This document shows positions 11,289 to 22,449 of a stretch of DNA of 64,000 nucleotides, in pieces. Positions within the stretch are counted from its first letter, which is position 1; each line of letters starts with the position of its first letter. This DNA is from an uncultured Acidobacteriota bacterium. Its GTDB lineage: Bacteria; Acidobacteriota; Blastocatellia; RBC074. The translations under genes were made by a program, and so were the position numbers. The notes beneath the pieces are model-generated. The model did no database searches. It had not been told where the DNA came from and saw nothing but the letters and a program-made list of their open reading frames with translations. The DNA lies in NCBI GenBank assembly GCA_963796275.1, contig CAWCKY010000001.1, positions 928,001 through 992,000 on the forward strand, given 5' to 3'.

Positions 11289-12548
11289 ATGAAGCTCATT
11301 ACGATAGATCAAGTTTCAAAGCGATATCGCATCAGCCAGCTCGGCGCCAAGTCCATGCGCGAAGAGTTGACGCGCGTGGGACGCCGTCTGTTCCGTCACG
11401 GAGATTTGCGTGAGAAGGAAGAATTCTACGCGCTGCGCAATGTCAGCCTGGAAGTCGAGCGCGGCGAGACCGTCGGATTCATTGGACCGAACGGTTCGGG
11501 TAAGAGCACTCTCCTGAAATTGCTCGCTCGCATCATCTATCCGACTCACGGCAGGATCACCGTGTGCGGTTCCGTCGCTTCGTTGATCGAAGTCGGCGCC
11601 GGCTTTCACCCCGAATTGACGGGCCGCGAGAACATTTTCCTTTATGGATCGATTATGGGGATGAAGCGTTCCGAAGTGCGCGACAAGTTCGATCGCATCG
11701 TCGATTTCGCCGAACTCGAGCGCTTCATCGATACGCCGGTGAAACGGTATTCGTCGGGGATGTATGTGCGATTGGGCTTCGCGGTTGCCGCTCACATCAA
11801 TCCGCACATCTTACTGGTCGATGAGGTGTTGGCGGTCGGCGACGCCTCTTTTCAGAGCAAATGCCAGCGGCGGATCGAAGAGTTGCGCCGCGATGGTATG
11901 ACGATCGCCTTCGTCTCGCACGATATGTCGGCGGTCGAACGGTTATGCAAAAGAGTCATTTTCCTTAATCAGGGAAATGTCGAAGCGGAAGGCGATCCGC
12001 AAGAGGTGATCCGCAATTATTTCGACACATTGTTCAGCAAAGAGGGTTGCGATGGACAGCGTTCCGTCTTGATCGATCAAAATATGAACGACCGCAGCGT
12101 CGAGATCATCGGCGTCCGTTTCCTCGATCGCAATGGAGTGGAGGTCGATGCCTTATCGACAGGGGAGCCGCTGATCGCGCAGATTGAATTTCACGCCGAT
12201 CGCTCGATCGAAGACCCCGTATTTGAATTGTTCTTTTACTCCATCGACGATCGGTTGCACTGCCATTACACGACGGGGTTGTCCGGCGAACGCATCCCAT
12301 TCCTGCAGGGGCGCGGCGTGGTGGAGATCGAATGCGATGAGCTGGGGCTGACGCCGGGTACTTTCAGGATAGATGCGCTCATCCAACGGCGCGGCGATAA
12401 CGCATCTTACGACTGGAAATCGCACCAATGCCTGCTCAAAGTCTTGCCGGGGAAGAAAGTGCATGGACTGTTCTATTCTCCGCATCGCTGGCGCTTATTA
12501 CCGGCGAGCGAGACGCCGAAACGGCCGGAGGATGAGAGGTACATATGA
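11289..12548 (+). CDS. wzt: ABC polysaccharide exporter ATPase (Wzt) with C-terminal carbohydrate-binding domain
   Basis: [20 protein letters not shown] and DEVLAVGD motifs; ~150-aa beta-rich C-terminal extension. Confidence 0.9.
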   Translation: MKLITIDQVSKRYRISQLGAKSMREELTRVGRRLFRHGDLREKEEFYALRNVSLEVERGETVGFIGPNGSGKSTLLKLLARIIYPTHGRITVCGSVASLIEVGAGFHPELTGRENIFLYGSIMGMKRSEVRDKFDRIVDFAELERFIDTPVKRYSSGMYVRLGFAVAAHINPHILLVDEVLAVGDASFQSKCQRRIEELRRDGMTIAFVSHDMSAVERLCKRVIFLNQGNVEAEGDPQEVIRNYFDTLFSKEGCDGQRSVLIDQNMNDRSVEIIGVRFLDRNGVEVDALSTGEPLIAQIEFHADRSIEDPVFELFFYSIDDRLHCHYTTGLSGERIPFLQGRGVVEIECDELGLTPGTFRIDALIQRRGDNASYDWKSHQCLLKVLPGKKVHGLFYSPHRWRLLPASETPKRPEDERYI

Positions 12549-12701
12549 AAGATATGAAAGATCGGGTCGATTCGCCACAATTCCGCAAAATTTCATGCAA
12601 ACGAACGCAAATATAAGACCTGCATCTTTTGTTTTTAGAAATCTCCTTTTTGCGGTTGTTATGGGGAATTTTTTCCGATGGTGGTTAATGAAGGGGAGGT
12701 G

Positions 12702-13616
12702 ATGATGAAAATCAGCGTACTCATCTGTACTCGTAATCGGGCTAAACCGCTCGATGTTACCCTGCGGCATGTTTTCAGGCAGCGCTTCGCCCCTGGATAT
12801 GAATACGAAGTCGTCGTCGTCGACAATGACTCGACCGACGAAACCAGGCGCGTTGTTGCGAGATATGCAATGGAACATCCGAACCTCGTGCGATATTGCC
12901 ATGAACCGCGCCACGGCCAGTGCTATGCGCGCAATACCGCAATAGCTGCGGCAGCCGGAGAGATAATCGTTTTTACGGATGACGATGTAATCGTGGAAGC
13001 GGACTGGCTCAATGAGATCCATCGCGAATTCGCCGCAGACCCGGCGCTCAGCTTACTCGGAGGCCGAGTGCTGTTGGCGCACGATGGGTTGCAGAAAGTT
13101 TCGCTGCAGACCTCCGATCAGCGGCAAACGTTCACTTATCCGAATGCCGGCTCTTTCCCCATGGGCGCCAACATGGCATTTCGCCGCGAAATTTTCGACC
13201 GCATCGGGATGTTCGATGTGAGACTGGGTCCAGGAAAATTTTTTCCGGGTGCGGACGATGCCGACTTCTTCTATCGCGCGCTGAAGGCAGGTTATCGCGT
13301 GCTTTATGCTCCGAATGTTCTCGTCTACCACAATCATGATCGCGTCGATGTCGAACAAGCCTGCCGCCTGGAATATGGTTATGGAAAGGGATGTTCGGCC
13401 TATCTGCTCAAACACGCCATGCGTGGGGACCCTTACGCGATGAAGATGCTTTATTGGCTGGTCGCCCGCATTCCCAGTCGCTGGTTGGGGAATGAGAGTG
13501 AATCGGACGACATACTGCGGCGCCGGCGGGCGCAGGTTCGCGGCATCTTGGTCGGATTGATTGCCGCGCCCGTGGTTATGTCTACCCGAGGGTTGGAAGG
13601 GCAAGTTAAATCATGA
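12702..13616 (+). CDS. GT2 glycosyltransferase
   Basis: [22 protein letters not shown] and GANMAF motifs; start placed after the GGGGAGGT SD (ORF track 12678). Confidence 0.88.
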   Translation: MMKISVLICTRNRAKPLDVTLRHVFRQRFAPGYEYEVVVVDNDSTDETRRVVARYAMEHPNLVRYCHEPRHGQCYARNTAIAAAAGEIIVFTDDDVIVEADWLNEIHREFAADPALSLLGGRVLLAHDGLQKVSLQTSDQRQTFTYPNAGSFPMGANMAFRREIFDRIGMFDVRLGPGKFFPGADDADFFYRALKAGYRVLYAPNVLVYHNHDRVDVEQACRLEYGYGKGCSAYLLKHAMRGDPYAMKMLYWLVARIPSRWLGNESESDDILRRRRAQVRGILVGLIAAPVVMSTRGLEGQVKS

Positions 13617-14315
13617 GTTCAGCTTTGAAAGTTCGCCATCCGCAGCGCGTCTATTTCGAGCGGATCGTGAAAACTCTGAATAAACAGGATTGCTGGCTCG
13701 ATATCGGATGCGGCCGGCAGCTAGTGCCCTGGTGGTTGCCGGGAAATAGCGAGTTGGTATCGGAATTGAGAGATCGCGCCCGGTGGCTGGTTGGAGTCGA
13801 CCCGGACCTCGAGGCGCTGCGCGATAACCAGGCGTGTCATTTGAGGTTGAAAGCCGATACGTCAGCGCTCCCATTCGCCGACGGCAGCTTCGACCTCGTT
13901 ACGAGCAACATGGTCTTCGAGCATGTAGAAAACCCGGAGGCGATTCTGCGCGAAATACGACGGATTTTACGTGAGGGCGGAAGACTGATCGTGCTCACGC
14001 CCAACTGGTTGGATATCGTAACGATTGCTGCACGAGCGGTGCCCAATAGTCTGCATCCCGCCTTCGTCTCTAAGATCGAGGCTCGCGGCAAAGAGGATGT
14101 TTACCCGACGCATTTTCGTTTCAACCGCCGAAGCTCGGTCGAGAAGATGCTGCTCGATGCGCGGTTCGGTTATCGCCGGATCGATCTCCTGGATCAACCT
14201 GATACGTATCCGCACGTGCCAGTTTTTGCGCGTATCGAATCAGCATGGGCATGGGCTGGCACGGCGGTGGCCGGCATTGCGCGGGACTCTGCTTATCGAA
14301 GCTGAGGCTGCATGA
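13613..14315 (+). CDS. Class I SAM-dependent methyltransferase (probable +1 frameshift near 14247-14249)
   Basis: LDIGCG and [11 protein letters not shown] motifs; the corrected frame ends at the TGA at 14315, overlapping the next ATG. Confidence 0.8.
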
Positions 14316-15307
14316 AAATCGACATTATCATCGCGACCTTCAATCGAGCCGAACTACTTAAGCGAGCGGTAGACAGCATTCTGTCAGCCAGGCGAGGGCG
14401 AGACTACGAGTTCATGGTTACAGTCGTTGATAACAATTCATCGGATGACACGCCGCAGGTTGTCGAGTTGTTGAGGCGAGAATCGCAGGATAAGGTGCGC
14501 TATCTCTTCGAGCCTCGCCAGGGAAAGTCATACGCGGTCAACACGGGAATTGCTTTAACCAGCGGCCACATCATCGCCTTCGCCGATGATGACGAGGTTG
14601 TGTGCTACGACTGGCTCGAATCGATCTACCGGGCCATTATCGATGGCTACGATTACGTGACCGGCCCGATTTTTGGGGAATGGGAGATCGATCCGCCCGC
14701 CTGGTACGATGATCGTCTGCACGGCGTCCTGTCGCTGTTCGACGGAGGGGATCAGTTGGTGCCCCACTTCATGGCTGATTCGCTGCATAGTTTTTCAGGA
14801 GGCAATGGTGCGATCCGGCGCAATGTTTTGGAGAGCATCGGGGGGTATAACGCCGGGTTGGGGAAAATCGCGGGCGAATTCAGGATGTGCGAAGACGGCG
14901 AACTTTTCATTCGTCTTAAGCGCGGGAGATATATGGGTGCTTACGAGCCGCGCATGAAGGTTTTTCATCTCGTCCCGAGCGATCGTGTGACGAAGCGTTA
15001 TTTTCGCCGCTGGCATCGCGGTTACGGGCGATCGGTGGGATTACTCGATACGCTGCACCCGGAAGTGGTGACTTACTGGCTGGGAGTCCCAGGGTTTCTG
15101 ATGCGGCGGGCGATTGAAGCGGTGCCGCGGATGATCGGCGCCAGGTTCCGCGGCGATTTGCCCGGGGCATTTGAGCAGGAATTGAATCTCTGGTTTATGC
15201 TCGGATTTCTCGGCTATAAGCTCTCAATCAAATCTCCGTCGCCGGAACAGGATTTGCCCGGAAATGATGTTTACCACGGCATAGGGAAAAATTTCGAGAC
15301 GCATTAA
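14312..15307 (+). CDS. GT2 glycosyltransferase
   Basis: IATFNR, VVDNNSSD, FADDD and CEDGE motifs. Confidence 0.88.
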   Translation: MKIDIIIATFNRAELLKRAVDSILSARRGRDYEFMVTVVDNNSSDDTPQVVELLRRESQDKVRYLFEPRQGKSYAVNTGIALTSGHIIAFADDDEVVCYDWLESIYRAIIDGYDYVTGPIFGEWEIDPPAWYDDRLHGVLSLFDGGDQLVPHFMADSLHSFSGGNGAIRRNVLESIGGYNAGLGKIAGEFRMCEDGELFIRLKRGRYMGAYEPRMKVFHLVPSDRVTKRYFRRWHRGYGRSVGLLDTLHPEVVTYWLGVPGFLMRRAIEAVPRMIGARFRGDLPGAFEQELNLWFMLGFLGYKLSIKSPSPEQDLPGNDVYHGIGKNFETH

Positions 15308-15385
15308 AAATATCAGTGAATCTCGATTGCATGAAAATGGCCGTTAAATCGCACGATTGGAGCACTCGAAGTCATCAGGATTTTC

Positions 15386-16387
15386 GTGGTTGACGCGGAA
15401 TCAGTGAAGATTCGCTCACGCGAAAATCCGTGGGCGAAATGTATGGCTGTTGAAATTATGACACCCGATCCAGCTGTCAGCGTTATCATACCGGCTTATA
15501 ACGTAGCATCTTACATCGCCGAGACGCTCGAATCGGTCTTCGCTCAAACATATCGCGACTTTGAGGTCATCGTAGTCAATGACGGGTCAACCGATAACAC
15601 AGAGAAGAGTATCGCCCCCTTCAACTCCCGGATCATTTATGTCCATAAACAGAATGGCGGAGTTCAATCGGCCCGCAATGCCGGTCTGAAGGCGGCGCAC
15701 GGCCGGTATTTTGCATTTCTTGACGGCGACGATATGTGGTTGCCGCGATACCTCGAAACGTTACTCGCATTGATAGAGAGCGATCCGGGGATCCATGCTG
15801 TCTATCCTAACGCTTACTACATCGGCTCACCGTACTTCGCCGGAAAACTGCATCAGGGAGTCTTTCCGGTTTCCGAGCCGGTCACATTCGAGCGTGTCCT
15901 GAAACGACAATGTTTTATCTTCTGCTCGGTGCTCTTACGGCGAAGCGTGATCGATCAGGTGGGAAATTTCGATGAAAAACTGTGGGGACAAGGCGCGGAG
16001 GACCTGGATCTCTGGCTGAGGATCCTGCAGAACGGCTATCGCTTCCAATTTACGACTGAGCCGCTGGTGAAATACCGGTGGCGGCATGATTCGTTATCAA
16101 ACAGCGGCGTAGGGATGATGCGATCGGTCATCCACGTTTACGAGAAATGGCGTGCGGATGAGAGGACAACCGCGAGCCAGCTTCAGTGGATCGAATCGTT
16201 CCTGCCCGGGCTTTATGCGCAGTTGAATCTGGCCCAATTCAAAGAGTTGATGCGAGCGCGCAACTATCACGATGCCGCGCCGCAACTCGAGCAGGCGAAT
16301 GAGTATTATCACAGCGCGAAATTGAGGTTGCTGCGTTCGGTGATGCATCTTGCGCCAGGGTTGGTCAGGCGATGGGCTATGAAGTGA
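15386..16387 (+). CDS. GT2 glycosyltransferase
   Basis: SVIIPAYN, VNDGSTD, FLDGDD and AEDLDLW motifs; true start may be 15443 or 15458. Confidence 0.85.
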   Translation: MVDAESVKIRSRENPWAKCMAVEIMTPDPAVSVIIPAYNVASYIAETLESVFAQTYRDFEVIVVNDGSTDNTEKSIAPFNSRIIYVHKQNGGVQSARNAGLKAAHGRYFAFLDGDDMWLPRYLETLLALIESDPGIHAVYPNAYYIGSPYFAGKLHQGVFPVSEPVTFERVLKRQCFIFCSVLLRRSVIDQVGNFDEKLWGQGAEDLDLWLRILQNGYRFQFTTEPLVKYRWRHDSLSNSGVGMMRSVIHVYEKWRADERTTASQLQWIESFLPGLYAQLNLAQFKELMRARNYHDAAPQLEQANEYYHSAKLRLLRSVMHLAPGLVRRWAMK

Positions 16388-16391
16388 TGAA

Positions 16392-16478
16392 GTAGTTTTC
16401 AGTTTTCAATTCAGGTGGGAGGATCGATCGAAAACTGAAAACTGAAAACTGAAAACTGTGAACTATTTTCTGAGGAAG
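16392..16478. repeat. Inverted heptamer element (TTTTCAG)n-loop-(CTGAAAA)n
   Basis: Short left arm 16394-16409, right arm ~16431-16458, terminal AACTATTTTCTGAGGAAG. Confidence 0.88.
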
Positions 16479-16480
16479 AT

Positions 16481-18286
16481 TTGGGAAATTTTCTGATCAT
16501 CGTTGCGCCAAATGAACCCCATAGTGAAGCGAAGGATGAGGCGGTGCGAATTTTCCAGGCCGGGCTGGCGCTCAAAGGCGCCAAGCCGAACGGTCTGATT
16601 GAGTCGGATTGGGTATGGGCGGCTTCATATGCCCGTCAGAATGGTTCCGGTTCTCCGATCGCAGCAGACCCTGAAACGGGGAGCTGGCTGCTGGTTGCCG
16701 GCACCTGGTTTCACAGCGATGGTTACGCATCTGGCGATGAACAGAGATTGCTCGCGCGGGTAATCAGCTTCGGACCTGAACGCGTGGCGCGGGAACTCGA
16801 AGGGTTTTTCGTGCTCGTTTATGGCGATGCGAAATCTCGCGAGGTTATTGCCGTTACCGATGTGGTCGCGAGCCGCCACTGTTTTTTCCGGACGGTCGAC
16901 GGTTGCCGAGCGATATCGACATCGTCGTTGCTGCTTGCCGGCTTGGGGAGATGTTCGCTCGACGTCCTGGGTTGCGAAGAGTATTTGCGGACGGGCGTCG
17001 TCTACGAAAACCGGACCTTCTTTCGTGAAGTGAAGAAGATCGGCCCCGCACGCATCGCCCGATTTGCCGGCGGAAGGCCGGTCATTGAGAGCCGTTACTG
17101 GAGTATCCGGGAGCTGGATCCGAACAAATTCGATGGCCGCCATGCGGTAAGCGATCTTACGGGAAAACTCGTCGTCGCCGCGAAAAAAATCGGCCGGGTC
17201 TTTCCGGTTTGCGATCTGACAGGCGGTTATGATTCGCGCTTGATCGTGGCTGCATTCCTGTCAGCCGGCGTGAACTTTGAGACGACTGTAGCAGGGAGCG
17301 CCGAGAGCAGCGATTGTATAGTCTCGGGCGGGCTCTCGAAGATCACCGGGATACCGCATTGGCATCTCGAATACGAGACCCGTTACTCGCACGGTCTGCT
17401 CAACCAGGCGCTGCGGTTGACTGATGGCGGGTATGACGTGGTCGATTACGCACGCATTTTTTCGTTGCATAACCGGCTCTCATCGAAATTCGAAATGAGC
17501 ATCAATGGCTCCTTCGGCGAGCTGGCGCGCGGCTACTGGTGGGAGCTGCTCTGGCCGCATATAGGAAAGCGGGCACCGTTCGATGCGCGGAAAATTGCGG
17601 CCCATCGCTATGTCGTGGACCCCAGCAGCCCTCAGCTTTTTTTTGAGGAAGCGAATGGAAAGGATTTTGTCGGTCATATAACAGGCGTGATAGAGCGAGC
17701 TAACGTGGGGCTGGATGGGTGGCCCAACACTGCGAAGATGGATAACACCTATCTGGAATTACGCATGCAGTATTGGCAGGGGAGGATCGCGAGCAGCACC
17801 GATCAGATTTGGCCCTGTCTCTCACCGTTTATGCTCCGGTCGGTTTTGGAGACGATGCTGCAAACCAGACCCCTGATGCGCCATCGCAACCTGCTTGTGC
17901 GCATGGTGCTCGAGAAGCTACAGCCCGAATTGGCAGCTTATCCGCTCGATCCTGGCTATTGGTCGATGCCGCTGACGTGGCGGACGTGGCCACTGTTCCT
18001 GCCGGCTTTGCTTAGTTATGGCAGGAAATCGAAAGCGGCCCGCCGGCTACTTGGCGGGAGAGTCGGGCAAGCGGCATCTGCCGGTGTTGAACCGTTACGG
18101 ATCCAGATCTGGCGGGAACCCGAAGTCGGGGACATGCTCGACCCAGGGAAAATGCGGTTGTCCGAATTGATCGATGTGAATGGTCTCCGGCGGTTCCTCA
18201 ACGCATCGCGAGAGCTGCGTTTTCGCTACGATCGACAATGGAACCGCATATTAAGCCTGGAGATGGCATTGCACGATGTGCTATGA
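16481..18286 (+). CDS. Asparagine-synthetase-like ATP-dependent amide ligase lacking the N-terminal Cys
   Basis: PP-loop-like DLTGGYDSR and NGSFGELARG; Ntn-like N-terminal domain starting MGNF; TTG start. Confidence 0.7.
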   Translation: MGNFLIIVAPNEPHSEAKDEAVRIFQAGLALKGAKPNGLIESDWVWAASYARQNGSGSPIAADPETGSWLLVAGTWFHSDGYASGDEQRLLARVISFGPERVARELEGFFVLVYGDAKSREVIAVTDVVASRHCFFRTVDGCRAISTSSLLLAGLGRCSLDVLGCEEYLRTGVVYENRTFFREVKKIGPARIARFAGGRPVIESRYWSIRELDPNKFDGRHAVSDLTGKLVVAAKKIGRVFPVCDLTGGYDSRLIVAAFLSAGVNFETTVAGSAESSDCIVSGGLSKITGIPHWHLEYETRYSHGLLNQALRLTDGGYDVVDYARIFSLHNRLSSKFEMSINGSFGELARGYWWELLWPHIGKRAPFDARKIAAHRYVVDPSSPQLFFEEANGKDFVGHITGVIERANVGLDGWPNTAKMDNTYLELRMQYWQGRIASSTDQIWPCLSPFMLRSVLETMLQTRPLMRHRNLLVRMVLEKLQPELAAYPLDPGYWSMPLTWRTWPLFLPALLSYGRKSKAARRLLGGRVGQAASAGVEPLRIQIWREPEVGDMLDPGKMRLSELIDVNGLRRFLNASRELRFRYDRQWNRILSLEMALHDVL

Positions 18287-19167
18287 ATTTATCGCGAACT
18301 CTCTGCTTCAAACTTTCAAAACGTAAGGTGCTCGCGCGGCGGCCCGGCGCAGCTGGGGAAAACCCTGCGACCTTCGATGCCGGCGATTACCACCGGTGGC
18401 GCGTGAATGAATTGCAGAGGCAGTTCACCGATCATTTCGAGACAGCCGATCTGGCGGGTTGCGATGTGCTGGATTTCGGATGCGGGAGCGGAGCCCTAAC
18501 CATTCTGGCGATCGAGGCGGGGGCCGGAAGCGTCACGGGCATCGATCTCAACGCCTCGCTGATCGAGCAGGCGCGAAATATATGCCGCAGCCGGCAGCTC
18601 AAGGGCCGGCCTCGTTTTATGGTTGCGACCGATTCGAAGAAGATCGATTTGCCTGATGGATCGATCGATGTCGCGCTCTGTTTCGATGTGCTCGAACACA
18701 TCATCGATTACCAGGAGATCATTTCGGAATGGCGTCGGGTTCTCAGAACCGGCGGGCGTGTATTCATCTGGTGGGTTCCGTGGCTAAACCCCTACGGTCA
18801 TCACATCGAAAGTCTGGTGCCGTTGCCGTGGGCGCACATTATTTTTTCGGATAGCGTCCTGATCGATACTTGCGCGCGGATTTACGACATGCCGGAATTC
18901 AAACCTCGCATGTGGGACCTGGATGAAAAGGGAAATAAGAAACCCAATAAATGGCAGGAGCTGGATCGCTTGCCCGATCTCAATCGATTGACCATCACCC
19001 GCTTCGAAGCGATCTGCAGGAAGGTCGGTTTGAAGATCGAACGGCGCGAAGTTATCGGGTTCGGGAGCTCGAGGGCGGCGCGCTTGACGCGCGGCTTAAC
19101 GCGCTTTCCCGTATTGCGCGAGCTCTTCTGTTCGCGCGTAATTTATTGCCTGCGGGCGAGTCAATAG
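18283..19167 (+). CDS. Class I SAM-dependent methyltransferase
   Basis: VLDFGCGSG, GIDLN and DVLEHI motifs; ATG overlaps the upstream TGA (ATGA). Confidence 0.85.
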   Translation: MNLSRTLCFKLSKRKVLARRPGAAGENPATFDAGDYHRWRVNELQRQFTDHFETADLAGCDVLDFGCGSGALTILAIEAGAGSVTGIDLNASLIEQARNICRSRQLKGRPRFMVATDSKKIDLPDGSIDVALCFDVLEHIIDYQEIISEWRRVLRTGGRVFIWWVPWLNPYGHHIESLVPLPWAHIIFSDSVLIDTCARIYDMPEFKPRMWDLDEKGNKKPNKWQELDRLPDLNRLTITRFEAICRKVGLKIERREVIGFGSSRAARLTRGLTRFPVLRELFCSRVIYCLRASQ

Positions 19168-19314
19168 GAAAATTCATTACGACATCTAAAATATGAACAA
19201 ATTGTCCGAATAGTGGGGCGAGGGACGGCAAAGACGCGTTATTTCTCTATTCCGGTTTTTATATTTGATGTCATATTGAGCTCACTGCTATTGCGGTGAA
19301 TTTACGGTTTAGAA

Positions 19315-20487
19315 GTGATTGATATGAAGATCAAAGTACTGCACGTGCTCGATTCGCTCGGCATTGGCGGTATGGAGCGCGTAGTCATCGATGTCGTCAA
19401 TGGGCTCGATCCCAATGTGTTTTCTCAGACTGTATGCTGCCTCTCGCGCAAGGGTGAAGCGACTCACCTTCTGCCCATCGGGACAAGATGCATTGACCTG
19501 GAAAAGGGCGCGCGCGCCGATCATCTGATGCCGCTGAAAATTGCGCGAGTGATTCGCGCGGTTCAGCCGCAGATCGTTCACACGCAGAGCTGGTCCGGTA
19601 TCGATACGGCGATCGCGATGTTATTTGGACGCGGCCCGAGATTGGTTCACAGCGAGCACGGACGTAACCTCCCCTACATCCACTTCGAGCCATTGAAACG
19701 CCGGCTAGCGCGCCGTTGTTTGTATCATCGGGCCGACGCGCTATTCGCCATATCGAGCGAGGTGCGTGCTTTTTACTGCCGTGAGACCGGATTTCCGGTA
19801 GACCGCATGCGCGTGATTCCGAATGGAATCGACCCGCGGCGGATTGATGAATCCGTGAGAAATGCAAACGGCCGCAGCGTAAGAAGTGAGCTGGGGATTG
19901 GCGAGGATGACTTTGTCATCGGCACCGTCGCACGGCTGGATCGAACAAAGGACACGATAACCCTGACGCGGGCATTCGCCGAGCTCTGCCGGTCACGGCA
20001 GGAGCCGAAATTGAAATTGTTGGTGATCGGTGATGGCGAGCAGAAGGCCGATCTTCAAAAATATGCGGCCGAGCAGCGGATGAGCCAGAGCGTAATCTTC
20101 ACGGGCGTTCGTTATGACGTCCCCAGATTGCTCGGCGCAATGGATCTGTTCGCCCTCTCGTCCCTCTCAGAGGGGTTGCCGATAACCGTTCTCGAAGCGA
20201 TGTGCGCTTCGTTGCCGGTGGTAGCGACTAAGGTCGGCGCATTGCCCGAACTGGTTGATGAAGGTGTCACGGGATTTCTGGTCGAGCCAAAAAACGTAAT
20301 GGCCCTGGCAGAACGAATCTCTAGATTTTATCTGGGGAGCTTGCGGGCGCGCGATTTTGGCACGGCAGGCCGGAGAAAAGTCGAACGTGAATTCAGGCTC
20401 GAAAGAATGCTCGAGCGGTATACAGATTTGTATCTGTCCGTATTGAAGACTGGATATGTCGAAAAGGCGCAAAGGAGCAAAGGATAA
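19315..20487 (+). CDS. GT4 glycosyltransferase (TIGR03088-like)
   Basis: GGMERV, VHSEHG, IPNGID and [12 protein letters not shown] motifs. Confidence 0.85.
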   Translation: MIDMKIKVLHVLDSLGIGGMERVVIDVVNGLDPNVFSQTVCCLSRKGEATHLLPIGTRCIDLEKGARADHLMPLKIARVIRAVQPQIVHTQSWSGIDTAIAMLFGRGPRLVHSEHGRNLPYIHFEPLKRRLARRCLYHRADALFAISSEVRAFYCRETGFPVDRMRVIPNGIDPRRIDESVRNANGRSVRSELGIGEDDFVIGTVARLDRTKDTITLTRAFAELCRSRQEPKLKLLVIGDGEQKADLQKYAAEQRMSQSVIFTGVRYDVPRLLGAMDLFALSSLSEGLPITVLEAMCASLPVVATKVGALPELVDEGVTGFLVEPKNVMALAERISRFYLGSLRARDFGTAGRRKVEREFRLERMLERYTDLYLSVLKTGYVEKAQRSKG

Positions 20488-21048
20488 ATGCGTATTTCAA
20501 GAGTTTATACAAAAAGCGGTGATGCAGGTGAGACATCGCTGGTGGATGGCAGCCGCGTCAGCAAGGCGGATGCGCGCGTCGTGGCATACGGCGATGTCGA
20601 TGAGCTGAATTCCTGGCTGGGGCTCGCACGGGTCGGATTGGGCGACCGGCAATTGGATGAGGCGCTCGCGAAGGTACAAAACGAATTGTTCATCGTCGGC
20701 GCCGATCTCGCGAGCCCCTTGACTGTGGAGGTTCCGCGCATCGAGGAAGCACACATCGACGAAATGGAGAAGTTGATCGATCTTTTGCTCGAAGAGCTCG
20801 AACCGTTGCGCGAATTTATACTCCCAGGGGGGGCGAATTTCGGCGCCACACTGCATCTTGCCCGCACTGTTGCGAGACGCGCAGAACGCTCCGTCGTATC
20901 GCTCGCTGCGGGGATCGAAATCAACGAGCATGCGATCAGATACCTCAATCGTCTATCCGATCTGCTTTTCGTAATGGCACGAGTCGCCAATAAGCGTGAC
21001 GGAATGAAAGAGGAATCAGCTGATTTCAGCCGGAGAGGGAAAACATGA
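20488..21048 (+). CDS. pduO: ATP:cob(I)alamin adenosyltransferase, PduO/MMAB type
   Basis: [37 protein letters not shown] and [10 protein letters not shown] motifs. Confidence 0.9.
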   Translation: MRISRVYTKSGDAGETSLVDGSRVSKADARVVAYGDVDELNSWLGLARVGLGDRQLDEALAKVQNELFIVGADLASPLTVEVPRIEEAHIDEMEKLIDLLLEELEPLREFILPGGANFGATLHLARTVARRAERSVVSLAAGIEINEHAIRYLNRLSDLLFVMARVANKRDGMKEESADFSRRGKT

Positions 21049-22337
21049 GACAGATACTGATTTTCTCACTCTTCCTTCTCTTCCTTCCGCTGGCATTCTT
21101 CGCTCCCTTCACCGGCCTGCTCGGCTATATATCGATCGCATATGTCCGGCCCCACGAATGGGCTTACATGCCGAGCGTGCCGATTTCGCTCGCCGTCGGT
21201 GTGGCTACGCTCGCCGGTTACGTAATATTCGAATTGACGCGCCGCGCACCGCAATTGATCGCCAATGCGTTGTTGCTTGTTCTCTGGATGCAAATAACAT
21301 TTGCAACTTTGTATGCCAAGTCTCCGCAGGTCGCGCAGGGAAAGTTTGTAGAAATGAGCAAAGGGTTCCTGATCGCCTTGCTGATTACGGCAATGGTCGA
21401 TTCGGAAAGACGTGCGCGCTGGCTTCTGCTGACCCTCGTGTTTTCGATCGGACTGCTGGCGTTGCGCTCGAACATCGGCATTTTGCTGACGATGGGTCAG
21501 GCGCGCATATACGGGCCGGGAGGAACGTTTGAGGACAATAACGATTATGCGCTCCTGCTCGTCATGACTATTCCGATTGCCTACTATGTCGCGCGCGCGG
21601 AGGATAATCGCCGGATCAGGCGCGCATGTTACGCTTTTACTGTGATGATGATCGTCACAGTGATCTTCACCCTTTCGCGCGGCGGTTATCTGGGGCTGGG
21701 CGCCGTCGCCTTTTTTTTGGCGCTGAAAGCGAAATACAAGCTGAGTGCGCTGCTCCTCGTCCCCTTCCTCGGGTTGATCATCTTCGCCATCTCTCCCCGG
21801 CAGGTCAGCGACCGGGTAACCGCGATAAAAGCGACGGAATACGATGAGTCGACGCAGCAGCGTCTTTATAGCTGGGATGTCAGTTTGCGAATCATCAATG
21901 AACACCCGATCTTCGGCATCGGTCCGCGCAATCTGCTGCAGACCTATGACCGCGCAACCGAAACGAGAATCGCCCGCGTTTCACATAACTCGTTTCTGCA
22001 AATGGCCGTCGACGCGGGAGTGCCTGCGCTCTTGATGTTCATTGCCTTGATCATTCTCAGCTATCTGAGGCTGGAGAAATCGAGGAAGATATTCAAAGAG
22101 CGCGCGCCCGACTCTCCGCTGATCGCTTATTCGCACGGGCTGGAGGTTGCGCTTATCGGTTATTTCATATCCGGCAATTTTTTGAGCGGGCATGATCTTG
22201 AGCTGCTTTACAATGTGATTGCGCTGGCTGCGAGTTTTCGTTTGATTGCACGCGATCTCGAACGGGAGGCGGAAGCGCGCTCTCTCGGAGAGAATGGGCC
22301 GGGACGCGCGCTTGAGCCAGAGTTGGCCATGCGTTAA
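21045..22337 (+). CDS. O-antigen ligase family / putative O-glycosylation ligase (exosortase A-associated type)
   Basis: [33 protein letters not shown] and SHNSF motifs; multi-TM. Confidence 0.8.
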   Translation: MRQILIFSLFLLFLPLAFFAPFTGLLGYISIAYVRPHEWAYMPSVPISLAVGVATLAGYVIFELTRRAPQLIANALLLVLWMQITFATLYAKSPQVAQGKFVEMSKGFLIALLITAMVDSERRARWLLLTLVFSIGLLALRSNIGILLTMGQARIYGPGGTFEDNNDYALLLVMTIPIAYYVARAEDNRRIRRACYAFTVMMIVTVIFTLSRGGYLGLGAVAFFLALKAKYKLSALLLVPFLGLIIFAISPRQVSDRVTAIKATEYDESTQQRLYSWDVSLRIINEHPIFGIGPRNLLQTYDRATETRIARVSHNSFLQMAVDAGVPALLMFIALIILSYLRLEKSRKIFKERAPDSPLIAYSHGLEVALIGYFISGNFLSGHDLELLYNVIALAASFRLIARDLEREAEARSLGENGPGRALEPELAMR

Positions 22338-22449
22338 GCGGAAGAAGACCTATGCCAATTCCGAAGCGACAAAAAAACGGATATAACGATCGGTACGGAA
22401 AAAATTAGCTTTTCGTCTGTTTCGTATTCTTTCTTACCTTCCATCGCTT

